A DNA stretch of 64,000 nucleotides, taken from an uncultured Nitrososphaerota archaeon (GTDB lineage Archaea > Thermoproteota > Nitrososphaeria > Nitrososphaerales > Gagatemarchaeaceae). The notes under the pieces are model-generated. The model ran no database searches, was not told the DNA's origin, and saw nothing but the letters and a program-made list of their open reading frames with translations. The stretch spans positions 128,001 through 192,000 of the forward strand of contig CAWISW010000001.1 of NCBI GenBank assembly GCA_963838925.1. The letters run 5' to 3'. The translations under genes were made by a program, and so were the position numbers. This document shows positions 9,137-20,029 of the stretch, piece after piece (the stretch's first letter is position 1; each line of letters opens with the position of its first letter).

Positions 9137-10706
9137 TTGTCCTCGATTAAGGTAGCGCAAGAGTCAGCGAGGGGGACAGTAATCCTCTTCGTAGGTAACC
9201 TCTTGTACGCCGGAATCACGGCTGTAGCGGCCGTATTCGTCGCAAGGTTGCTCGGTCCAGATGGCTATGGAATCTACACGCTGGCGTTTGTAGTTCCCTC
9301 ACTACTATCTCTCTTTGTGGGACTCGGTGTGAACATCTCAGTGACAAGATATGTGGCCTATTACGTCTCAAGCGGAGACATCGAAAAGGCGAAAAGCGTA
9401 ACGCGAAGCGCGACGAGTTTCCTCCTGATCTTCGGGCTTTTGTTGTCGGCGGTCAATTTCTATGGAGCATCATACTTTGTGGATGTTCTATTGCACAGAC
9501 CCGAGTTGGTGCCCTACGTCCAAATCGCTTCGCTTTTCATCTTAGGCCAGGCCATCTCCGGATCTGCGACCTCGGTTTTCATTGGTTGGGGTTCGATGAT
9601 GGAGCTGAGCGCTTTTACTGTCCTGCAAGCCGGACTCAAACTTGTCCTGACCATCGGGTTGATTCTCGCTGGGTTCGGGGTACTCGGTGCCGTGGTCGGG
9701 CACACCCTCTCCTATCTTAATGCAGGGCGCGTTAGCAACCCTCTTTCTCTACCTCACGCACATGAGACCGTGGTCGAGGGAATCGAACACATTCTTCGCA
9801 GACACGAAGATGATGTTGAGCTACGGCTTCCCTCCATACGCCGGAAACATCATTTCAGGCGTGGCTTCACAATATGTCACGATATTACTCGCCGCGATTG
9901 CGACGAATGCTGTGATAGGCTACTACCAAGCTGCCCTAAATGTGACTATAGCGATTTCCGTTATTTCGGGCACGGTGACGAACGTATTGTATCGCTCTTT
10001 TGCCGCACTTCAGGGCCTTGCAGGTGACACCTCCCTGGCATTTTCGTACGCCGTCAGGTATGTGTCGCTCATCGTTACCCCAATCGTCTTCTTTCTGATT
10101 GCGGCTGCGGAGCCTCTTTTCGACCTCTTGTACGGGCCCTCCTACTCTCCCGGCATCGTATTGCTTCGGCTCGTGGGGCTTTCCTTTCTGCCAATCTCAA
10201 TCGGCCTGACCGTTCTTGCGCCGTTCCTGAACGGCATCGGGAAGAGCAGGATGACGATGCTGATTACGGTATCAAGTGCGGTCGGCCTTGCCGTTGGGGG
10301 GTTTTTCTTTGCAGTCTCTCTTGGTCTTGGTGCCGAAGGGATAATGCTGGCTCTCCTGGTATCTAGCGTCGCATTGACCGTCCCGGGATTGTTTTTCATC
10401 AGAAGATATCTCGATATTCGCATGCCCATGAAGCCTCTAGCTGGGATTGTTGTCGCTGCCTTGATTGCTGGCCTTGCAATCACGTTCTTGCCGCTAGGGG
10501 CATTGCCAAGCATCCTTATTCTCGCCATTGACTGTGTGATATACACACTAGTTTACCTGACCTGCGTTCCTCTAGTCTGGGGCATTGACGGGAATGATAT
10601 CGTCAGACTCTCGATAGCTGGGGAAGCTTTGGGGCCTGCTCGAAGGATACTGAGCCTAACATTCGCGTACGAGAGGCGCATATTGGCACTCGTCAAACGT
10701 GTTTGA
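9137..10706 (+). pseudogene. Wzx-type oligosaccharide flippase with a +1 frameshift near 9719
   Basis: ORFs 9137..10027 and 9687..10706 join into one multi-TM flippase (ARLLGPDGYG ... IGYYQAA) if one base in TAT CTT A ATG is removed. Confidence 0.8.
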
Positions 10707-10739
10707 GCGGCGCAGTATCTTCCCAACAAACCGCAAGAA

Positions 10740-10950
10740 CGTGGTCTATTGCGCAGGGAGGTGACTAAGCCCCGATGGAGATCCGCATCGTAAAAAGCCT
10801 CTATCGTCCCTCGATAGGTGACGCCGAGACCCTTACTAGCATCTTGGTCAAGGGGACTCTCCCGGCCGAAGCCACGAGGAGATGGTCTACTGTGCGTACG
10901 ATCCTCTTGCGCTAGGAGGCAGCTCTCCGCGACCTAATCGAGCGTGCGCT
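10740..10950 (-). pseudogene. Heavily decayed DUF3368/PIN-like remnant
   Basis: Collinear fragments across frames: RLGRGE / LLAQE / VDHLLV / KGLGVTYRGTI..RGLV. Confidence 0.4.
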
Positions 10951-11195
10951 GGCAGACCGTCTCCCCAACGGCGGAGAAAATCCAGACGAAAAAATAGCTG
11001 ACTGATTAATTGCGGGTCACGGTCAGAACTTGATGGATTGTTAACGATAGACCGTTGAATTCGAGTTGGGCCGAATTATGTCGCCGGGAACGCTTATGTC
11101 CACAACCTCCTCGAGGAGTCCAGATGCAGAGCGGAGCCCAGAAGACACTTGGTGCGATACGATTGCGCCTAGTTTCAGCAGCACATCTCCGCACC

Positions 11196-12968
11196 ATGGA
11201 CGCCAAGACCCTAGCAGGTTGTTTCGCGGCGTTGGCCGTCCTCTGCGCCTACCGGTTCTACAGCTACTGGACCACCGGCTTCTTCGTCTCCGACGAGTTC
11301 GGCTACTTCTTCGACGCACTCCACGGGCAGATTTACGGTGGAAGGTGGTTCTTTGGCTGGATGAATATCTACCTCTTCAGAGCACTTGGGATAACGAGCG
11401 TCGACGCCTTCTCGTACATGCTTCCGTTCTACTTGTTCTTCTGGACTGGAGTAACCTTGCTCGTCTTTTATGAGACGTTGAGGCTGCTTGGATTTGACCA
11501 GAGGACCATCACCATCTCGCTGCTCTCCGCTTTCGCGCTGATCTCATTTGTGCTGCTTTCTCTCGGCTTCTTGACAGAGCCGGTGGGGCTTTCTCTTGCA
11601 ATGGTCGGGATATACTTCCTCACCCGATGCGCGAAGTCGAAGAGCGCGAAGGGCATGATTGCCTTTCCCATCTTTGCGGCGGCGTCGTTCGGGGCGGCAG
11701 CGGGTACGAGAGAGCCATACGAAGCTTTCTTGATAGGCGGCATCGCGATTGTCGCACTAATAGCCTTCTCTCGCCGCAAGGAGAAAATCGGACCTTCGAA
11801 GCTCGGCGCCCGGGCAGTGCTCTTGATAGCTGTTCTGGGCTTCGCATTTGCCGCAACCTTTTTCCTGACGGTGCCGACGCAAGCATTCTCGACACAAGTT
11901 GCACCGGTTTCAAATCAGCTAGCGCAAAGCTTCGTCACAAACCCCACAATATCAGTTCCAGTTACTGCAACTACGATCACCAAGGCTGTCACAAACACGG
12001 TGACGATGACGACTCAGGTCACGTCCACGTTTACGACATTGAACAGGACAGTTACCACGACCACAACGATGATTGAGACATTCACATCGACGACGACTAC
12101 GACTTCGACTGCTTCGCAAAGCGTTCCGTTCTACCGACAGTCACTGCTTACAAATACGGTTCTGATTTTCCTAGGAGGAATAGTTCTTGGATGGGGGCCG
12201 ATTTGCTTCGTAGTAGGGCTCGCGGGTTTCTTGATCTTGTTTAAGAGAAGCATCAGGAGCGATGACATCGCGGCGAGGGTCGTTTTCCTCACCTCATTGA
12301 TCGCCTTGGGCTCGTATTTCGTCGTCTCGTTCATCTTCGCTCCTGACCCGTATTACTTCTCCTTCCAGAACTACTCTACCATTATCAGGTTCTCAGACAC
12401 AGCCCTTCCTGCTTACTTCATGGCCGCACCCTTCTTTCTTGCCATAGTCTCGAAGAGCCGAAAGCGCATTCTCTCGCTTCTTGGTGTGTTTGTCGTGTTC
12501 CTCCTTATTGCACTCCCTGTTTACCAGGGGTACGCCGCGTCCAACATCAGCTACACGAGCGCGAACCCTTTCCAGCTGGGTTACAGATCCGATGCTGCCT
12601 TGGTTCGAGACTATTTTGCATCGGTAGGGGGAAATCAGACCATCAACCTAGTCGGATTGCCGTATGGGTGGCCATTCACGCCAGGAGTGCAGGATCTTCA
12701 TTCTGTTCATGCCTACTCGATAGGCGAGAGCCAGCTCTTTCCGCACCTTACTGAGAGTAATTTCACTTCGGCCAGATGGAACTTCTTCTATCTACTCACC
12801 AGCAGTGCAACAGCCTTTCCATCAGACTCCCAGTCTTTGCTCCAGTTCATCGACCAAACCCCGGCCAACAACCAAACATTAACGTCTTCATTCACGATAC
12901 TAGCTAGTCAGCCTGTGTTCAACGGGTCGGACTTCATCCTGTACGAAGTTCAACTCGGATGGCAGTAG
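11196..12968 (+). CDS. Polytopic membrane protein, GT-C (PMT/ArnT-like) candidate with a Thr-rich insertion
   Basis: About 11-12 TM helices, SDEFGY after TM1, FLTEP motif, roughly 55-aa Thr-rich loop; start uncertain. Confidence 0.6.
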   Translation: MDAKTLAGCFAALAVLCAYRFYSYWTTGFFVSDEFGYFFDALHGQIYGGRWFFGWMNIYLFRALGITSVDAFSYMLPFYLFFWTGVTLLVFYETLRLLGFDQRTITISLLSAFALISFVLLSLGFLTEPVGLSLAMVGIYFLTRCAKSKSAKGMIAFPIFAAASFGAAAGTREPYEAFLIGGIAIVALIAFSRRKEKIGPSKLGARAVLLIAVLGFAFAATFFLTVPTQAFSTQVAPVSNQLAQSFVTNPTISVPVTATTITKAVTNTVTMTTQVTSTFTTLNRTVTTTTTMIETFTSTTTTTSTASQSVPFYRQSLLTNTVLIFLGGIVLGWGPICFVVGLAGFLILFKRSIRSDDIAARVVFLTSLIALGSYFVVSFIFAPDPYYFSFQNYSTIIRFSDTALPAYFMAAPFFLAIVSKSRKRILSLLGVFVVFLLIALPVYQGYAASNISYTSANPFQLGYRSDAALVRDYFASVGGNQTINLVGLPYGWPFTPGVQDLHSVHAYSIGESQLFPHLTESNFTSARWNFFYLLTSSATAFPSDSQSLLQFIDQTPANNQTLTSSFTILASQPVFNGSDFILYEVQLGWQ

Positions 12969-13012
12969 ACTTGACATCACGTTCATAAAGAGCGCGGGAT
13001 ATCTGATCCTCG

Positions 13013-14923
13013 ATGGGGTGTGGTATCTGCGGCTTTGTTGGCATCTCAGATAGAGAGCTTCTGCGGTCGATGTGCCAAGCCATCCAGCACAGGGGACCGG
13101 ACCAATCAAACTATTACGTCGATGACGGCGTTGGCTTGGGCATAGACCGGCTCAAGATAATCGACTTAACCAGCGGAGACCAGCCGATTCACAACGAGGA
13201 TAGCTCAATTTGGGTGGTATTCAACGGCGAAATCTACAACTACAAGGAGCTGCAGCCCGAGCTTGAATCGAGAGGCCATAGGTTCTACACGGCATCAGAT
13301 ACCGAGTGCATTGTGCACGCGTACGAAGAGTGGGGCAATTCTTGCGTGGACCATCTCAGGGGAATGTTTGCGTTCGCGATATGGGACTCGAAGGCGAGAC
13401 GGCTCTTCCTCGCCCGTGACAGGTTCGGGAAGAAACCTCTCTACTACGCTCACAATGGTAACGTATTCCTCTTCGCTTCGGAACTCAAGTCGATTCTCCA
13501 GTACAGCGGCATCAAGAGAGACCTGGACTACGATGCGGTCGACCTATTCTTCACCTACATGTACGTGCCGGCACCCTTCTCGATATTCAAGCAAATTCGC
13601 AAGCTTCCGCCAGGATGCTATGCAACGCTAGAAAACAACCAGCTGAGCATCTCCCAATACTGGGACTTTGCACCAAGGCCAGACCCCTCCTTGGCTGACG
13701 AGGACAAGCTGGTCGAGATGCTCTACAAGACAATCGAAGAAGCAGTCAAGGTGAGGATGAGGAGCGATGTCCCGTTAGGGGCATTCCTCTCCGGAGGGAT
13801 TGACTCGAGCACAATCGTCTCTTTCATGACGCGCCTCTCCGATCAGCCGGTGAAGAGCGTCTCGATTGGGTTTGACAACGAGATGAGCGAGCTGCCTTAC
13901 TCCCGAAAGGTGGCGGAGTTCTTGTCGACCGACCATCGAGAACACATCGTATCCCCTGAGGCGTTCAGGATTCTTCCCAAGCTCATCTGGCACTTCGACG
14001 AGCCCTTCGCCGACCACTCGATGATTCCGACGTACTACCTCTCGGAGGTGACCAGGCGCGAGGTGACCGTCGCCTTGAGCGGGGACGGCGGGGACGAGCT
14101 GTTCATGGGATACCCGTTCCTCCTCGACCCGAGGGCGTATTCGCTCTACTCGAAGGTCCCGGGCTTCTTGAGGCGTCCCTCGCTGAGGCTCCTCCTCGCT
14201 CTTCCATTCAACAGCCAGACGAAAGTGATGGCCAAGCACGCGTACGAGAAGGGATACGCGGACCAATCATATGACAAGAGGTTCACGATGCGCGTGACGC
14301 TAAACGATTCCCAGGGGCTGCGGAGTCTCTATTCAAAGGAACATCTCTCTCAGCACAGCCTAATGGATACGTACAGCTACTACCTCGGACTGACAAAGGA
14401 GTGCACCAGCAGCAAGGACCCGCTGGACGCGGTGGACTACGCTACCGTCAGGGGGTACCTCGAGGAGGACATCCTGGTGAAGGTCGACAGGATGAGCATG
14501 GCAGTCTCCCTCGAGGCGAGGTGCCCGCTGCTGGACCAGGAAGTAGCGGCACTGGTCGAGCGCATTCCTTCGCACCTAAAGATGCGCAACAGGGAGACGA
14601 AATACATCCTCAAGAAGATGGCGGTGAAGAAGGGCCTCATACCCAAGGAGATAGCCCTCAGGAAGAAGCAGGGCTTCGGAGCCCCGATAACATCGTGGAT
14701 GCAGAAAGAGTGGAAGGAAGTGGTCCCGCAGGTCCTCGACCCGGTCGTGGCGAAGGGTTACACCGGGCTCTTCGACAGGGAGAAGGTCCGTTCCTACATC
14801 GAAGACCCTTACTTGAACTCTGGCAAGCTGTTCTCGCTGATCACCTTCGTCCTCTGGTATAGGATGTACGTGGAGCAGGAAAGGGTCGACTCACCTCCGG
14901 AGGGGATAGGAGTGATTGCTTAG
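13013..14923 (+). CDS. asnB: Asparagine synthase (glutamine-hydrolysing)-like amidotransferase
   Basis: CGICG, HRGPD, FNGEIYNY, RDRFGKKPLYY, LSGGIDSS, SGDGGDELF, KVDRMSMA. Confidence 0.92.
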   Translation: MGCGICGFVGISDRELLRSMCQAIQHRGPDQSNYYVDDGVGLGIDRLKIIDLTSGDQPIHNEDSSIWVVFNGEIYNYKELQPELESRGHRFYTASDTECIVHAYEEWGNSCVDHLRGMFAFAIWDSKARRLFLARDRFGKKPLYYAHNGNVFLFASELKSILQYSGIKRDLDYDAVDLFFTYMYVPAPFSIFKQIRKLPPGCYATLENNQLSISQYWDFAPRPDPSLADEDKLVEMLYKTIEEAVKVRMRSDVPLGAFLSGGIDSSTIVSFMTRLSDQPVKSVSIGFDNEMSELPYSRKVAEFLSTDHREHIVSPEAFRILPKLIWHFDEPFADHSMIPTYYLSEVTRREVTVALSGDGGDELFMGYPFLLDPRAYSLYSKVPGFLRRPSLRLLLALPFNSQTKVMAKHAYEKGYADQSYDKRFTMRVTLNDSQGLRSLYSKEHLSQHSLMDTYSYYLGLTKECTSSKDPLDAVDYATVRGYLEEDILVKVDRMSMAVSLEARCPLLDQEVAALVERIPSHLKMRNRETKYILKKMAVKKGLIPKEIALRKKQGFGAPITSWMQKEWKEVVPQVLDPVVAKGYTGLFDREKVRSYIEDPYLNSGKLFSLITFVLWYRMYVEQERVDSPPEGIGVIA

Positions 14924-15009
14924 GCATTGCAAATAGGACGTGAATCCAGCGGCCTGGGCGACCAATCCATCAGACCGTTGCGAGGATGCCCCGGCCGACA
15001 TCCTGCAGA

Positions 15010-15441
15010 TCACTTTTCCCAAACTTCCCACTCGTCGTGCTGAGCTGCGAGGCGATATCCCGCGTTGTCGAACGCTCTCCTAGAACGAAGATTGTCCGAC
15101 TTTACGACGGCTTTCAGCTTCTTGCCCGGAAAGAGGTCGCTCAGCGAGGCAATCGCTTTGGAGCCGATTCCCCTCCCGCGGAACTTCGGGAGAAGGGCGA
15201 CGCTTACTTCATTCTCGGGACCTTCGACCCTGCAGTATCCGGCGGGTCGACCATCACTTTCTATCACATAGAGGGACTTCCCCGGATTGATTACCGCTTT
15301 CTTATACCAATTCTGGTGATTATCAAAGGAGATTGGATCGGAATTTCGAGAGGCTCTTCGTGACTCGGGATCGTTTCTTGCCTCGAAAAAGAGAAGACAA
15401 TCTGACTCGGAGTCCCTGGCTTTTCTCAACTTGACATCCAT
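15010..15441 (-). CDS. GNAT acetyltransferase (PseH-like)
   Basis: FRGRGIG motif; RNDPESR..ISFDNHQNWY resembles PseH; downstream of dehydratase and aminotransferase. Confidence 0.7.
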   Translation of the reverse strand: MDVKLRKARDSESDCLLFFEARNDPESRRASRNSDPISFDNHQNWYKKAVINPGKSLYVIESDGRPAGYCRVEGPENEVSVALLPKFRGRGIGSKAIASLSDLFPGKKLKAVVKSDNLRSRRAFDNAGYRLAAQHDEWEVWEK

Positions 15442-15526
15442 TGGCTCTTCTCTCGAATACAGTAGAACGGCGTGACATATAGATTTCATCGACTTGTATG
15501 CCGTTGCGACGGGCGCACTCCCACAT

Positions 15527-16591
15527 TTAAGGCGAGAACTGCTTCTTCCGCTTGACGATGCGGGAACTGTAGAGCTGCGAAAGTTCGCTGAGTATCTCTT
15601 CCGTGCTCAAGGGAGTCACGTCGTTCGACGAGAACCCTCTTCGTCCACCCTTGCGGGCGATTACATTGCCGGCACGTTGATTCGGGTTAATCACGTAGAA
15701 GTCGTCAGAATCGACGGCGCTCGCCATCTCCGTCTCGTTCATCAGCTCTTCGTGCACCTTCTCCCCGGGTTGTGCACCTATCCTCTTGATTGCTAAAGCC
15801 TTGGGGTCCAGACCTAGGCGCTTCGAGAAGAAGACTCTGCAGGCCTCGGCAAGTTCCCCGATCCGCACCGTTTTCATTTTCAAGACGAATATCTCCCCTG
15901 GCTTCGCTGCTTCGGCGGCGCGCAGAATCAGCTCCGACGCCTGGGACGGGGCCATTATGAACCTGGTCATGTCGGGATTTGTGATGGTGATCGGTCCTCC
16001 CTCGCGCACCTGTTTCTCGAAGATAAGGACCACCGATCCTCTGCTTCCGATGACATTCCCGAACCTCACTATCGAGAAGACCGGCTTCTTTGTCAGTTTG
16101 CTGGCGCTGATGACCAGTTTTTCGGCAAGGAGCTTGGTGGCCCCTAGCGTGTTGATCGGGTTCACTGACTTGTCGGTGCTTATGAAAACAAATTTCTTGA
16201 CGCCGTTCTTGACGGCGCAATCGATAACGTTCTGGGTCCCGAGGATGTTCGTCGTAATGGCCTCGTACGGATTCACTTCGCAGAAGGTCACGTGCTTGAG
16301 CGCCGCTGCGTGGAATACGTAGTCGCAGTCTTTCATCACGGTTTCCAGACTGTGAGGGTCCCGAATGTCGCCGAGCCTGTACTCTACGTCGCTCCGCGTC
16401 CCGATTTCGCTCCTCGTCTCGAAGAGGCCGTTCTCGTCGTTGCTGAAGACTATCACCCGCTTGGGACGGCGCTCGAGTAGTGTCCTGAGCAATTCGCTTC
16501 CGATGGATCCTGTTCCGCCCGTGATGAGAATCGTAGCGCCGGCATAACCGTTGCCGCGCGCGCCCCTGCCGCCGGCGTTGTCGCTCACCAT
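15527..16591 (-). CDS. UDP-N-acetylglucosamine 4,6-dehydratase (PseB/FlaA1/CapD family)
   Basis: TGGTGSIG, FHAAALKHV, STDK, RFGNVIGSRGSV, MTRF, PGEKVHEEL. Confidence 0.9.
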   Translation of the reverse strand: MVSDNAGGRGARGNGYAGATILITGGTGSIGSELLRTLLERRPKRVIVFSNDENGLFETRSEIGTRSDVEYRLGDIRDPHSLETVMKDCDYVFHAAALKHVTFCEVNPYEAITTNILGTQNVIDCAVKNGVKKFVFISTDKSVNPINTLGATKLLAEKLVISASKLTKKPVFSIVRFGNVIGSRGSVVLIFEKQVREGGPITITNPDMTRFIMAPSQASELILRAAEAAKPGEIFVLKMKTVRIGELAEACRVFFSKRLGLDPKALAIKRIGAQPGEKVHEELMNETEMASAVDSDDFYVINPNQRAGNVIARKGGRRGFSSNDVTPLSTEEILSELSQLYSSRIVKRKKQFSP

Positions 16592-16595
16592 TCGT

Positions 16596-17714
16596 TCAGG
16601 CCTCTTTGATTCCCCTTACGACATATTCAACGTCTTCCTCTGCCATTCCTGCGTGCATCGGCAAGGCGAGGGACTTCAGGCCTATGATTTCAGCGTTCGG
16701 GCATTCGAAGGGCCCATCTGAGAAGGCCTTGAAGTACGGCTGGGTGTGAATGGGCCTGAACATGACGGTCGTCTCAATCCCCTTTGACTCCAGTCGCATC
16801 GCCAGGTCATCTCTCGACAGCGGCGAGTCGGGCGCGAGCCGGACGATGTAGCTGTAATGGGTGCTCAGGGAATGTTTAGCGACTTTCTGGGGCCGTATCC
16901 ATTCAATATGAGAGAGCAAGTCGTTGTAGGCGGAGGCGAGACGGTTCCTTTTCCTCACAAAGGCGTCGATGTGGCCGAGCTGGTTCAGACCGATGGCAGC
17001 GTGGATGTCCGTCATGCGGTAGTTGTTTCCCAACATCACTATCGGGCCGGCACCGAATTCGGCTCTTCCCGCGTTTCTGAAGCTGCGTGCGAAGTCATGT
17101 AGAGACTTGGAATCGGTACCAAGCATCCCGCCTTCCGCAGAGGTAATCACCTTTGTCGGGTAGAGGCTGAACGCGCCTGCATAAGAGAGAGACCCGCACT
17201 TTCTACCCTTGTAAGTGGCGCCATCGGCGTGAGCAGCGTCCTCTGCCAAAGTTATTCCTCTTTTCCTGCACAGCGAAATTATCGGTTCCATTTCACACGG
17301 ATTCCCGGCCACGTGAGTCACAATCACGGCCTTGGTTCGCTCAGATATGCAGCGGTCTACGCTCTGTGCTGTGACATTGAAGGTATCGAGGTCGCAGTCG
17401 GCTAATACCGGCTTTGCGCCCACGTATATTGCAGCGTTCGCAGTCGAAGCGAACGTGTTCGCGGGCACGACGACCTCATCCCCCCCTTTCAGGTTAAGCG
17501 ACGCGGTTACGGTGTGAAGAGCGGCGGTCCCTGAACTGAGCGCGACCGCATACTTCGTCCCCGCCACGGTCTTGAACCTCCGCTCAAGCTCCTCGACCAG
17601 CGGGCCCGAAGTCAGCCAGCCGGATTGAAGCACAGAAGCGATAGACTTGCATATGGATCTGATGTCCGCTGGTGTGAAGAGTGGAGGCGCTAACCTGACC
17701 TTTCGCGATCCCAT
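16596..17714 (-). CDS. DegT/DnrJ/EryC1/StrS sugar aminotransferase
   Basis: SSGTAALH, EDAAHA, FSLYPTKVITSAEGG (PLP Lys present), NYRM. Confidence 0.92.
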   Translation of the reverse strand: MGSRKVRLAPPLFTPADIRSICKSIASVLQSGWLTSGPLVEELERRFKTVAGTKYAVALSSGTAALHTVTASLNLKGGDEVVVPANTFASTANAAIYVGAKPVLADCDLDTFNVTAQSVDRCISERTKAVIVTHVAGNPCEMEPIISLCRKRGITLAEDAAHADGATYKGRKCGSLSYAGAFSLYPTKVITSAEGGMLGTDSKSLHDFARSFRNAGRAEFGAGPIVMLGNNYRMTDIHAAIGLNQLGHIDAFVRKRNRLASAYNDLLSHIEWIRPQKVAKHSLSTHYSYIVRLAPDSPLSRDDLAMRLESKGIETTVMFRPIHTQPYFKAFSDGPFECPNAEIIGLKSLALPMHAGMAEEDVEYVVRGIKEA

Positions 17715-17895
17715 CGGAAGTCGGACCGGAGAGTCCGGCTTTAAGTCTGTGTTGGTCGAGGGAAGATCATTCGTCGTCCCAGTGCAAGTCTCCCTTCGGC
17801 TTTATCAAGCAAGACGGTTTTCCAGCGGCTGGGTAACAATCGGTACTACCACGTGCCTAAATACTCACCACCCGAGTTGACGCTACAATATAGCG

Positions 17896-19143
17896 ATGAA
17901 TATCGGATTCGTTGTGTCAGAGCTACTCGATGGACGCTTTGTCCCGTGGGAAAAATCACTCGAATGGGAATCATATCTCGATTTGTATTGTCTTGCCTTG
18001 AATAGGAAAGGTCATACTTGCGTCAAGTATGTCCCCTCCATAGGACTATCCAAAACTCAAACATACCTTCACAAATTTGGGCACAAGGTCAAGAGGGTGC
18101 CAGCCTACAACAAGATGCTTGCCCCGAAGACCTTGCTAAGACCTCGAACATACGCGGGAGGCAATACCACAATCCTTGGGCAGTTCCTGGGCCCATCGTT
18201 CACGATTAATCTCATGAGGGAGGCAAGCATCGACAACGTCCAAGTTTTGCATTATTCTAGCTACTACACTTCTTTTTTTGTTCCCGCCATCATTGCGGCA
18301 CAGCGCATTCCGATTGTCACGCAGTACACAGGAGGAATGCTCCCAACAAACACATCAGGCCGATTGCTTTGGAAACTCTTACTCCTTCCGAGTTTGAAAG
18401 CTTCTCGCGCAGTTCTTTTGGGCGATTATGAATCGGAAACAAAGACATTGGTCTATGACCTAGATGTGCCGAAAACAAAACAGGAATTCTTCAACGCCCC
18501 GATAGTCGATAGCGCTCTCTTCCACGAGCTGAACAAGCAGGAGGCGCAACGAAACCTCGGATTTGATGCGAAGAAGAAAAATATCCTCTGCGTGACATAT
18601 ATTCCGGCGAAACCAAGTACCCCTGTTCTCCTCGCAAAGGATCCGTACCTAATGATTGACGTCATCGAACGTGCAGTATATGCTGGTGGTGACGAGATAG
18701 CAGTTTACGTTGCTGGATGGGGTCGAGGCGCAGTTGAGTTCGAGGGCCATGTCCGTGATCGAGGCCTGACTGGACGAGTACACATTCTAGGACAAGTGGA
18801 GCACTCCAGACTTCCGCTGTACTATTCCGCAAGCGACTTGCTCTTCTTCCCGTTCAGGCTTGAGAAGCTCAACGAAGGCTCGGCAACAATCGAGGCATTT
18901 GCTTGCGGCAGACCAGTTACAGCATTCAAGCGGGACGCCTCCAATCAGACTGAGCAGTCTGGAGGATTCTTAGTTGATGGGACTTCGGAACTCGGAGCAT
19001 CGACACTTCTCGACAGACTCCGCCGCCCCGGGTACTTGGACGAGAAGGGGAGGGAGGGGCTTGTGCTCGCTTCCCAATACACGCTAGACATCGCGGGCAA
19101 AAGACTCGAAGAAATCTACTTCAAAGCTATCAAGAAGGATTAG
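17896..19143 (+). CDS. Glycosyltransferase family 4
   Basis: GT-B C-domain: YYSASDLL..EG..IEAFACGRPV. Confidence 0.8.
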   Translation: MNIGFVVSELLDGRFVPWEKSLEWESYLDLYCLALNRKGHTCVKYVPSIGLSKTQTYLHKFGHKVKRVPAYNKMLAPKTLLRPRTYAGGNTTILGQFLGPSFTINLMREASIDNVQVLHYSSYYTSFFVPAIIAAQRIPIVTQYTGGMLPTNTSGRLLWKLLLLPSLKASRAVLLGDYESETKTLVYDLDVPKTKQEFFNAPIVDSALFHELNKQEAQRNLGFDAKKKNILCVTYIPAKPSTPVLLAKDPYLMIDVIERAVYAGGDEIAVYVAGWGRGAVEFEGHVRDRGLTGRVHILGQVEHSRLPLYYSASDLLFFPFRLEKLNEGSATIEAFACGRPVTAFKRDASNQTEQSGGFLVDGTSELGASTLLDRLRRPGYLDEKGREGLVLASQYTLDIAGKRLEEIYFKAIKKD

Positions 19144-19248
19144 ATTCGCGTTCCTCGAAAACCATTCCTTTCAGGTTCAAACTAAACTCGCGCCACCGCG
19201 CCAATGAGATTACAGACTCTCGCTTCATTATCAATAAGTTAATAGCGG

Positions 19249-20022
19249 ATGAAAGGCTTACGAAAAATATCAAACAAGATGAACACCAAAGACTCCCTCT
19301 ACAGGATCAACAAGATGATGCGCAACGCGTTCGAGCGAATTGGGATAGAATTACAGATAATGCCCATTCCGAAACGCAAGACAATCGCTGTTAACAACGA
19401 TGCAGGAGGCTTGCCAATGGATGACTCAGTCAACTGGTTGAGGATTCCAATGTACAACTCGATTTACTCGGTTCTCTTGAAAAGCCTCGGACCTGAATTC
19501 TTCAGAGGAAAAGTGGCAATCGAAATCGGTGGAAGTGAGGGCACGATTGCAAAGATGCTGAGACTATTGGGGGCAACTGTTCAGGTTGCACCTGACTATC
19601 CTCGCGTGGATGTAGAGAATCTTCCCTATCGGCCGGAATCTTGCGACATCATCGTCCTCGATCAAATTCTAGAGCATCTTCGGCATCCATGGATAGCAGT
19701 AGAACAGGTTAGGCGAGTCCTCAAGAAGAGCGGTCTGTGCATTTGCACGTCAGTCTTCATCTATCCAATTCATCACGGTGGAAACTACGGAGATTACTAC
19801 AGGTTCTCTCCCGATGGTTTCAAGGCCATTTTCGAGGACTTCAAAATCATATCTTCCGACGGGTGGGGGAACGCCGAAATTCTAAGGCTAACTTACAATC
19901 ACTCGGATAGAGGCCCTGAAGGAACAAATCCTATTACGAGGGCGGAAGCGGAGCGTTTGGGAGTATACAATCACACAGATACAATGAATTACATGATGAC
20001 TTGGTGCATCGCCGAACGCTAG
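19249..20022 (+). CDS. Class I SAM-dependent methyltransferase
   Basis: IEIGG, DVENLPY, DQILEHL, VLKKSG, DYYRFSPDG. Confidence 0.8.
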   Translation: MKGLRKISNKMNTKDSLYRINKMMRNAFERIGIELQIMPIPKRKTIAVNNDAGGLPMDDSVNWLRIPMYNSIYSVLLKSLGPEFFRGKVAIEIGGSEGTIAKMLRLLGATVQVAPDYPRVDVENLPYRPESCDIIVLDQILEHLRHPWIAVEQVRRVLKKSGLCICTSVFIYPIHHGGNYGDYYRFSPDGFKAIFEDFKIISSDGWGNAEILRLTYNHSDRGPEGTNPITRAEAERLGVYNHTDTMNYMMTWCIAER

Positions 20023-20029
20023 GGCACGC

